64,000 nt of DNA from Elusimicrobiota bacterium (GTDB lineage Bacteria > Elusimicrobiota > Elusimicrobia > F11). The notes below the pieces were generated by a model, which searched no databases, was not told the origin of the DNA, and was given only the letters and a program-made list of their open reading frames with translations. Below are positions 9,182 through 16,691 of this stretch, one piece after another; the stretch's first letter is position 1, and every line of letters begins with the position of its first letter. Made by a program: the position numbers and the translations under genes. The stretch covers positions 1-64,000 of the forward strand of contig JBGAON010000003.1 in assembly GCA_044221725.1 (NCBI GenBank), given 5' to 3'.

Positions 9182-9199
9182 TAACATATATAACATATA
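9182..9199. promoter_or_regulatory. TAACATATA x2 direct repeat in the toxin/HTH promoter region
   Basis: Perfect 9-bp tandem about 40 nt upstream of the toxin ATG; candidate autoregulatory site. Confidence 0.35.
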
Positions 9200-9351
9200 T
9201 ACCTTAATTTCAAGGCCTTATTTTTGAGCTGAAATATAAAGCTGTTTTGGTGTCATTCCCTGGGAAGCGGCTTGTTAGAATTGCCATCATGTGACTGCAC
9301 CATCGAATTCTGTGGCAAAGATAGTGACACATGCCGAATTGGAGTGAAAAA

Positions 9352-9644
9352 GTGTATGGCAGAATGTATGGCAAGGTTTTGAAAAACGCGCTTTGCCTGA
9401 TAAAACTCTCGCCATTAGTGAGAGAAATAAAAATCCCAGCATTAGGTGATAGCACCCCCGAAAGGTAAGTTGAACATTTCAGATAGACTGCTTTGGAATG
9501 AAATCACTTGTATGGCAAAATGATGCGATGTTTCAGAAAATCGTTTCGAAAGAGTTGAGAGTGATTCGATATCAAAAATGTTTCTGTCCGTGGGATGCGA
9601 TCACGATGGTTCGCGTCCCATTTTGTGGCAATCACGCGTTGTGA
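9352..9644 (+). repeat. att-like junction 3: GTGTATGGCAGA/ATGTATGGCAAG, TTGTATGGCAAA, then gene tail FCPWDAITMV
   Basis: Motifs at 9352-9375 and 9508-9519. The core tgt ccg tgg gat gcg atc acg atg gtt is at 9585-9611. It is followed by cgcgtccc, which is PRP (ccg cgt ccc) with one C deleted. Confidence 0.72.
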
Positions 9645-9709
9645 CTCAAATCGGAAACCTCGCCTGTGACGGGTTGATTTTCGCGCGTTCACCGGTACGC
9701 TTGTAACAA

Positions 9710-10123
9710 ATGTCCGATACCTGTCCAACAGCATGCTCAGCGGTTTCACGCCAACGCTCTTCGGCGCTGAAGTTTGCGTTAGCCGTGTTTCTTTCGCTTA
9801 TTGTTCCGACCCACCAGATTCCCAATCGGCGCTTTATCATGCTTGCACGCTGGCAGCACGGAGCGAAACAGGCGTCGACGCTCACGAAAAATTCTTTCGC
9901 GTCGTATCATCTGCGAAAGGTGCTGCGGGTTTTTCAACGTTGTCGGCCGTGCATACTTCAAGTGAAAAAAGCGATTCGGCCGCGTTTCGAGATATTATCC
10001 GCCGCTCACATTCCACCGCTGCTCACCGTGGAATATGGGACTCTGTGCAAATTACAAATCCCTCACAGAAGCTCGTTCTTTTCGTTTTCTCTTACCGGTC
10101 GTTCTCCACCTTCTCTCCTCTAA
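9710..10123 (+). CDS. Possible leader/monitoring peptide ending in RSPP
   Basis: N-terminal hydrophobic stretch ALKFALAVFLSLIV and C-terminal LTGRSPPSLL*. Start uncertain. Confidence 0.4.
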   Translation: MSDTCPTACSAVSRQRSSALKFALAVFLSLIVPTHQIPNRRFIMLARWQHGAKQASTLTKNSFASYHLRKVLRVFQRCRPCILQVKKAIRPRFEILSAAHIPPLLTVEYGTLCKLQIPHRSSFFSFSLTGRSPPSLL

Positions 10124-10245
10124 TCATTCCTCGTCGTTAAAAACTAATCCGTCGGAAGACCACAAATAGGTTTTTCGCGCGCTCTGTTTCAACACACCCG
10201 GGAGGCGCGGTTACCAGAACAAGATCCATTACGAGGTGCATTCGT

Positions 10246-12255
10246 ATGTCATTTGCCAAAAAAGGTTCAAGCGGAGATACCGCCGCTGGTGCGGGCTTGG
10301 ATTGGGTAAACAAATATTATCAGTCTCTGTTCTCCAGCATCCTTGCGGGAGCCGCCATTCTCTACGCATGCTTGAACCCGCTTTTCCGGACGGGTTTTTT
10401 TAATGACGATGCGATCTACGTGATCGTGGCCAGAAAATTGTGGAGAGCAGCGGAGGAGTACCCGCATCTTGGCATCAAGCCAGATTACCCTCTTCCCGGC
10501 TTGCCGTTGATTCTGGCGCCTTTGGCACGAATTGTCGCGCCCCAATGGACACTTTTGGAATGGTTGTCGGTCATGGCAACGCTGTTGTCCGCTTTCTTTC
10601 TTGGACGATGGATCCGGAAATGGTTGTCGGCAGCAGAAACGCTGGCGGTAATGGCCCTCTATGCCTTCAACCCGGTCGTCGCAAAGTTTTCGGGCGTTGT
10701 TATGCCGGCACCCTATTACACGTTATTTTCGGTCGCCAGTTTTTTTCTGCTCAGTAGGCTTTTGGAGAAACCCAGTGCCTCAAGCGCGATGATGTTGGGA
10801 TTTGTGTTGGGGTGGGGAAGTTTGGTTCGTCCCGAAGGGATCTTGCTAGTGATCAGCGTTTTGGCCGCTTTGCTCCTCGCGCATTACCGGAAAGATTTGT
10901 TGCTAGTGATGATGGTCCCGTTGTTGGGTTGGTTGCTGTTCGTTCTGTTTTGGTTTCAGTCTCAGCGAACCTTGGGTTCGGAATTTGGGAAAGATCTTCG
11001 GGCGTTGGTCGCCTACTGGATCGAGAATTTTGTTCCTGGCATCGCGTTCTCGGTTAACCTTCCAAAGGTTTTTCTTTTCGACACGTGGTGGGCGTTGCGA
11101 TTTGTTCCGATGTTTGTCGCAAACCTCTTTACCGTGGCGTTTATGCTGGTCTCTTCGGTGGCCGCTTTGATTGGCTTTCGGGCTCTGTGGCGAGATCGTT
11201 CAGCGAATCAAATCACTCTTTCGGCGGTCGGCTTATTTTGTGTGTCCTATTTTCTGATTCATGTGTTTTGGCATGTCGCTTTGCCAAGATATTTTATCCC
11301 ACTCTTTCCGTTCGTTCTCATTATCGTTATCCGCGGAGCCAGCAAGATTCGATTTTTTTCCGACCGCCACCACGGATGGGTGATGACGTTAACCTTGTTT
11401 GTGCTTTTCTGTACCTACGCGTACGAGAACGGATACGGAATTTATCAGGCGCTCGTCGTGCGACAACCGATGAACGCCCCTCCGTGGCGGAGCATCGAAT
11501 GGATCAAACAGCATGTGGGCGTCGATGCCAAAATCACCAGCAATATTGAACCGAGCATTGAGTTGTACGCGGGCCGGCACGCGGTTCATGGGATCAACGC
11601 GACAAACGCGGACCTGTATTTCTATCTTCTGATGAAATTCGACGTTGACTATGTGGTTTACCGGCAATTGGATACGGTCACTCCCGGCGTCGGGAACACG
11701 GTCGACCCGAATATTATGTTGGCCAGAAAAATCCGTTGGTTTCGAATGTATCCCGAACGGTTCAAAACGGTTTTTTTTGATGCTCACGAGCGGACGCGCG
11801 TCTGCCAAATTGGCGATGACGCCGATTACAGAAAAGCTTTTGAAAAATTTATCGATGCGGTCCGAAAATTTGACACCGGCCGCTATGAAGATGCTTTCGA
11901 TTCGGTGAACGCGGCGCTGGCAATCGAACCAAAGCTCGGATGCGCGCAAAATCTTTTGGGTGCTCTGATGCTCATCAGAGGTGATTCAATAAACGCCGAA
12001 CGCGCCTTTCTGAAAGCTGCCGACGACCTTCCCGATTCTCCGAATTCGCAGCTCAACTTGGCCACGTTGTTTTACAAACAGGGAAAAGTTGAACGTTCGG
12101 AAGCGTGCTTGGAAAAGGTCCTGCAAGTGGCCAAAGCGAACGGCGAGGAGGCGGAATTTATGCGAACGATCAAAACGCTGCGCACCAAATGGTCGCGCGG
12201 AGGCGCCACGCTTTTCATTGATTCACCATCTCCCGAAACGTATCAACAGATTTGA
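10246..12255 (+). CDS. GT-C fold (ArnT/PMT-like) membrane glycosyltransferase with C-terminal TPR
   Basis: FNDDAIY acidic loop after TM1, about 11 hydrophobic segments, VRPEG, RYFIPLFP and TPR-like helices (AQNLLGAL, QLNLATLFY). Confidence 0.75.
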   Translation: MSFAKKGSSGDTAAGAGLDWVNKYYQSLFSSILAGAAILYACLNPLFRTGFFNDDAIYVIVARKLWRAAEEYPHLGIKPDYPLPGLPLILAPLARIVAPQWTLLEWLSVMATLLSAFFLGRWIRKWLSAAETLAVMALYAFNPVVAKFSGVVMPAPYYTLFSVASFFLLSRLLEKPSASSAMMLGFVLGWGSLVRPEGILLVISVLAALLLAHYRKDLLLVMMVPLLGWLLFVLFWFQSQRTLGSEFGKDLRALVAYWIENFVPGIAFSVNLPKVFLFDTWWALRFVPMFVANLFTVAFMLVSSVAALIGFRALWRDRSANQITLSAVGLFCVSYFLIHVFWHVALPRYFIPLFPFVLIIVIRGASKIRFFSDRHHGWVMTLTLFVLFCTYAYENGYGIYQALVVRQPMNAPPWRSIEWIKQHVGVDAKITSNIEPSIELYAGRHAVHGINATNADLYFYLLMKFDVDYVVYRQLDTVTPGVGNTVDPNIMLARKIRWFRMYPERFKTVFFDAHERTRVCQIGDDADYRKAFEKFIDAVRKFDTGRYEDAFDSVNAALAIEPKLGCAQNLLGALMLIRGDSINAERAFLKAADDLPDSPNSQLNLATLFYKQGKVERSEACLEKVLQVAKANGEEAEFMRTIKTLRTKWSRGGATLFIDSPSPETYQQI

Positions 12256-12292
12256 TGAGATCCCCAGTGAGCCGAACGTTCGTGGAGCAATT

Positions 12293-14644
12293 ATGAAACC
12301 TTTGCGGTTATCCATCGCAACCGCTCTTCTGTCGCTCAGTTTGTTGTTGTGGGAAATTCTTCTCACGCGGCTTTTTAGCGTGCTGCTCTATTATTACTTC
12401 GCTTTTGTGGTTTTGTCGCTGGCCATGCTGGGGCTCACGGTCGGAGCGATATCGGTTTTGAACGCCGATGTCCCGGAAGAAAAACTTCCGATGGTCTTGG
12501 CGCGGCACGCTCTTTGGACCAGTCTCGGAATGATGGTGGGGATTTTCGCGGTGGTTGGTCTCGGTGCGACAATAACGTTGCGGAGCGCCGTGGGGCGAAT
12601 GATTTTGTTGTTTGCCTTATCATTCCCTCCTTTCCTGTCAGCAGGAAAATTTCTTTGTTTGGTTCTGAGCAGAAAAAAGAATATTTCCCTGTTTTACGCC
12701 GCGGACTTGTTCGGCGCCGCGTTGGGATGTCTTCTGGTGGGAGGACTTCTTTTTTATTTCGGCGGGGCCGGTGCGATTTGCGCAGCCGCGGTTCCTGCGG
12801 CTGTTGCTTCGGCGATTTTGTCGAAACGGCGAAATTTCTGGCGGATATCGATGATCGGGCTCGTCTGTATCGGTACGCTTGTTCTTGCAAAAAACCCGAG
12901 TGGGCGTTTTCAATTGCATTCGGGAGCGGGGTATCCTCCGACACGCCCGCTTTTTGAACGTTGGAATGCTTTTTCGCGAATCGCGGTTTTCAAATATCCG
13001 ATCTCATTGAATTGGGGAATTTCACCTCTGCTCGATAAGACGTTCCCGCCCGCGGAGCAATTGCAACTCGAGGTGGACTGTGGTTCGATGACGCCACTCA
13101 CCCGTTTTGATGGAAACGTGGAAAGGCTGTCCTATTTGAAGAAAGACATCACGGCTTTCGCGCACTATCTGCGCCCGCGGAGCAAGGTGCTGATTATTGG
13201 GCCCGGCGGTGGACGTGACGTTTTGGCGGCGCTTGTTTTCGGCCAGCCCGACATTCGCGCCGCGGAAATCAATCCCGCCATTATCGAAGCGGTGAATGGT
13301 CGCTTCGGCGATTTTACCGGACATCTTGATCGGTTTGCGAACGTGCGATTCGTGAACTCCGAGGGCCGAAATTATGTCGAGCGTTCGCATGAACTCTTCG
13401 GAATTATTCAGCTTTCTCTGGTCGATACCTGGTCGGCCAGCGCCGCGGGTGCTTATGCTTTTATCGAAAACGGGCTTTATACCATCGAATCGTGGAAATC
13501 TTTGTTGTCTCATTTGGCGCCCGGCGGCGTGCTGTCATTGACACGCTGGTACTACGCATCGGAACAGTGGCCCGTTCATATTTTCCGGGCCTGTGTGTTG
13601 GGCATGGAGACGCTTCGCCAGATGGGCGTTTCTTCTCCCGAGCGTTGTATTGTGGTGTTGCGATTACCAAAAACACAACCCGACCGATCGTACGTCGGAA
13701 CGGTCATGATTTCACCGCAGCCTTTTACAGAAAATGATTTGACCGTTTTGGCCAACGAATGCCGCGCCTCCGGCTGCGAGATTGCCTACAGCTGGAAAAC
13801 AGCTGCGGATTCTGTTTTGGCGTTATTGATTCAATCGTCTGACTCCGCGGAATTTATTTCCACATTTCCACTGGATATATCGGCTCCCACGGACGATCGA
13901 CCGTATTTCCAATTTCATGACCGACTTTTTTCCAATGGCGATCGAGTGCCGTCCGAGAACAAGCAAGTAACGCCCGGTGGGTACATTCTAAAACTGTTGC
14001 TTTTCGTTGTTGCGATTCTGAGCGTGTTGTTGATCGCGGTTCCGGCCGTCATTTTGATGCGGCGAAAAGCCGTCTGGTCTCGAGAAACCGTGGCTTTTTC
14101 CGGCTATTTTGCGCTGATCGGACTGGCCTACTTCTTTGTTGAGTTGGCGTTGATTCAACGGTTCGGTCTGTTTCTCGGGCATCCAAGTTATGGGTTTACC
14201 GTGATTTTGTTTGGCCTTCTTTTTTCCAGTGCTTGCGGAAGCGTGATTTCCGACAGGCTTCATCCGAAATGGGCGGCCGCCATTCTTGTTGCTGCGCTGG
14301 CGCTTTTCCCTGTTGCGGGGGTTTCCGTCTTGTCGGTGGCCTCGAACGCCGGCGTGTTCACCCGAATCGTGCTAACGCTTGTCTTTGTGTGGCCGCTCGG
14401 TTTTCTTATGGGGACTTTTCTGCCGTGGGGATTGGCCGCCGCGCAAGTTCGTCAAGCGCCGTTCGTCCGTTGGTATTGGGCGGTTAATGGAGCCATGTCC
14501 GTTTTCGGTGCTGTTCTTGGAATGACGTGTCTCATCGCGTTCGGCGAGGCACGCACGCTTTCGTTGGCCGCTGCTTTTTATGCGGTCAGTGGAATTATTT
14601 TAATTCGCTTCATGGGAGAGGAACGACGACATGCCACGAATTGA
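12293..14644 (+). CDS. Polytopic membrane protein with a central class I SAM/dcSAM-binding (spermidine-synthase-like) domain
   Basis: N- and C-terminal TM bundles; LYAADLFGAALG, IIGPGGGRDV, AEINP, SEGR, SLVDTW and PTDDRPYF. ATG 12293 preferred over track start 12089. Confidence 0.8.
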   Translation: MKPLRLSIATALLSLSLLLWEILLTRLFSVLLYYYFAFVVLSLAMLGLTVGAISVLNADVPEEKLPMVLARHALWTSLGMMVGIFAVVGLGATITLRSAVGRMILLFALSFPPFLSAGKFLCLVLSRKKNISLFYAADLFGAALGCLLVGGLLFYFGGAGAICAAAVPAAVASAILSKRRNFWRISMIGLVCIGTLVLAKNPSGRFQLHSGAGYPPTRPLFERWNAFSRIAVFKYPISLNWGISPLLDKTFPPAEQLQLEVDCGSMTPLTRFDGNVERLSYLKKDITAFAHYLRPRSKVLIIGPGGGRDVLAALVFGQPDIRAAEINPAIIEAVNGRFGDFTGHLDRFANVRFVNSEGRNYVERSHELFGIIQLSLVDTWSASAAGAYAFIENGLYTIESWKSLLSHLAPGGVLSLTRWYYASEQWPVHIFRACVLGMETLRQMGVSSPERCIVVLRLPKTQPDRSYVGTVMISPQPFTENDLTVLANECRASGCEIAYSWKTAADSVLALLIQSSDSAEFISTFPLDISAPTDDRPYFQFHDRLFSNGDRVPSENKQVTPGGYILKLLLFVVAILSVLLIAVPAVILMRRKAVWSRETVAFSGYFALIGLAYFFVELALIQRFGLFLGHPSYGFTVILFGLLFSSACGSVISDRLHPKWAAAILVAALALFPVAGVSVLSVASNAGVFTRIVLTLVFVWPLGFLMGTFLPWGLAAAQVRQAPFVRWYWAVNGAMSVFGAVLGMTCLIAFGEARTLSLAAAFYAVSGIILIRFMGEERRHATN

Positions 14645-16631
14645 AAAACCAAATTGGGTTGAGCGGTGTTACAAAACGATCTTCTATTCGATCATAGCGA
14701 CCGCGGCGATGCTGTATGTGTTCCTTAATCCGCAGTACAAGACCGGCATTTATAACGACGACGCGGTTTATGTGATTGCCGCGCGAGATTTGTTGAACAC
14801 ATCCGGGTTGTTCCCTCAAATAAAACCCGATTATCCTTTGCCCGGATTACCGCTGTTGCTTTTCCCTTTGGCCAAGCTCGTCGATCCGTATTGGAATTAT
14901 TTGGAATTGTTGTCGAGCTTGGTGACGGTGTTGTGCGTCTATTTGATCGGAAAATGGACCCGGAAATGGCTGTCGCCAGGCGAATCGCTGGTGGTTGTTT
15001 CGTTGTTTGCTTTCAATCCGGTTGTCTGTAAATACTCCGGCGTTCTTATGTCCGAACCGTATTATTTAACGGCTGTTTTGGGGAGCTTCCTGTTGCTAAG
15101 AGGATTCCTCGACGAAGCGACCGTCCCGAAAGGTTTGGGGCTCGGCTTTCTGTTGGGATGGGCGAGTCTGCTTCGGCCCGAGGGAATCGTGGTGTTGATC
15201 TGTGTTGGTGCCACCGTGATCGTGGCCCGCAAAAAAAACACGCGTGTCGGTATCGTGATGATCCCGTTGATTTTTTGGTTTTTCTTGTTGGTCATGTGGT
15301 CTCTAACGCGTTCGTCGGGTCACACGGAGTTCGGCCGCGATATCACTTCTCTCATCAAATACTGGCCTCAACATTTCGCTTCGGAAGCACGTTTTACGTT
15401 TAAATTCGCACGGGTTTTGTTCATCAATACGGTAATGGCGCTACAAATTCCTCCGCACCCGATTTCGTTCTATGTTCGTTTCGCGATAATCGTCTGCTGC
15501 CTGGCGGGACTGATAAAGGGGTTCCGCGGTGTATGGAGGGAAAATACGAACGAACACGCCGAGCTTCTGGCCGTCGCCTTGTTCTGTGGCATATACTTTT
15601 TGATCCATTTGTTTTGGCACGTTGCCATCCGCCGCTATTTCATTCCTATTCTGCCGTTTGTTCTCGTCTTCATGACCCGCGGGTTTGCGGAAATCTCTGC
15701 GCACGTGAGAGAGCGAAGAAAATGGATGCGGCCCGTTTTTGTCTTTTTGTTTTTTGTTCCGTATGTGGTCAGCAATTCCTACGCGGTCTTCGAGACGTTT
15801 GTCGCTTTGGATCCGATGAAATCCCCGCCGCTTCGGACGCTTCAGTGGTTGAGAGAAAACACCGCTTCCGGAACAAAGGTGTTTAGCATCATCGCGCCGA
15901 ATGTCTCTCTGTACGCAAAAAGGTTCGCAACATGCGAAGTGAACGTCAATAGGGCCGAAGAATTTCAGTTGTTTTTGATCCGCAACTCCTTCGGATATAT
16001 TGTTGACCGAGAAGTGGAGTTGGTGGCACCCACCGTGGGCTCGACCATAAATCACAACAAGGGGTGGGCTCGCATTCGTAAGTGGATTCATCAATACCCA
16101 CACCGATTTCAGCCGATTTTCTCTGATGCCTCGGAGCGGACAAACATCTATCGCGTTATTCCCGATGATCGGTTTGTCCGAGCGTACGAAAAGTTTAACG
16201 AGGCCTCTCGCCATTACGCGACCGGCGATTATGAACAAGCCTATTGGAAGGTCAGCGAATCGCAGGCGATTGACGCCGACATCGGAACCGCAGCGAACTT
16301 GCTGGGAGCGCTGTATCTCATGGCGAACGATTCTGCAAACGCGGAGCGGCTTTTCCGAAGGGCCATGGCGCTCGATCCGGATTTTCCGCTCCCGATGGTC
16401 AATCTGGCGACGGTTTATCATCGGAATGGAAAAAATGAGAAGGCACTCGAATACATAAAAAAAGGATTGGAAATCAGCAAATCGAATGGGGAGGAAAAAG
16501 CCTTCAATCAAAATATTCTGAAACTGCAGCGGCAGTGGGATCAGGGGAACGCCATGCTTTTCATTGATTCACCCTCGTCCCGCGTTGGGAAAGAATCCAC
16601 CGATCGGCGCAACGGGCGGAGGCGTGCGTAG
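14631..16631 (+). CDS. GT-C fold membrane glycosyltransferase with C-terminal TPR (paralogue of 10246..12255)
   Basis: Shared blocks: NDDAVY, IKPDYPLPGLPL, RKWLS, AFNPVV, RPEGI, FWHVA, NLLGAL and LFIDSPS. Confidence 0.75.
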   Translation: MPRIEKPNWVERCYKTIFYSIIATAAMLYVFLNPQYKTGIYNDDAVYVIAARDLLNTSGLFPQIKPDYPLPGLPLLLFPLAKLVDPYWNYLELLSSLVTVLCVYLIGKWTRKWLSPGESLVVVSLFAFNPVVCKYSGVLMSEPYYLTAVLGSFLLLRGFLDEATVPKGLGLGFLLGWASLLRPEGIVVLICVGATVIVARKKNTRVGIVMIPLIFWFFLLVMWSLTRSSGHTEFGRDITSLIKYWPQHFASEARFTFKFARVLFINTVMALQIPPHPISFYVRFAIIVCCLAGLIKGFRGVWRENTNEHAELLAVALFCGIYFLIHLFWHVAIRRYFIPILPFVLVFMTRGFAEISAHVRERRKWMRPVFVFLFFVPYVVSNSYAVFETFVALDPMKSPPLRTLQWLRENTASGTKVFSIIAPNVSLYAKRFATCEVNVNRAEEFQLFLIRNSFGYIVDREVELVAPTVGSTINHNKGWARIRKWIHQYPHRFQPIFSDASERTNIYRVIPDDRFVRAYEKFNEASRHYATGDYEQAYWKVSESQAIDADIGTAANLLGALYLMANDSANAERLFRRAMALDPDFPLPMVNLATVYHRNGKNEKALEYIKKGLEISKSNGEEKAFNQNILKLQRQWDQGNAMLFIDSPSSRVGKESTDRRNGRRRA

Positions 16632-16653
16632 AAATGGCGGGGTTGATCCGAAA

Positions 16654-16673
16654 TATGGACTATTTTATCCATA
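16654..16673. promoter_or_regulatory. Inverted repeat TATGGA-CTATTTTA-TCCATA, candidate Rrf2 operator
   Basis: 6-8-6 AT-rich palindrome directly upstream of the operon that contains the Rrf2 gene. Confidence 0.5.
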
Positions 16674-16691
16674 ATGTGTAAAAGCGACCAC

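Noticed and set aside
5432..9611. CPWDA repeats as a CRISPR array or integron attC sites
   Set aside because: Spacing is kilobases and irregular, there are no cas genes, and no attC-like long dyad with RYYYAAC/GTTRRRY ends was evident. The codon-position pattern of variation indicates coding tails.
9733..10140. Alternative-frame 135-aa ORF overlapping the RSPP ORF
   Set aside because: No signal-like segment or motif. The 9710 frame is the more interpretable one, though neither is proven.
15441..16511. 356-aa minus-strand ORF
   Set aside because: Antisense shadow of the GT-C/TPR gene with no recognisable motifs.
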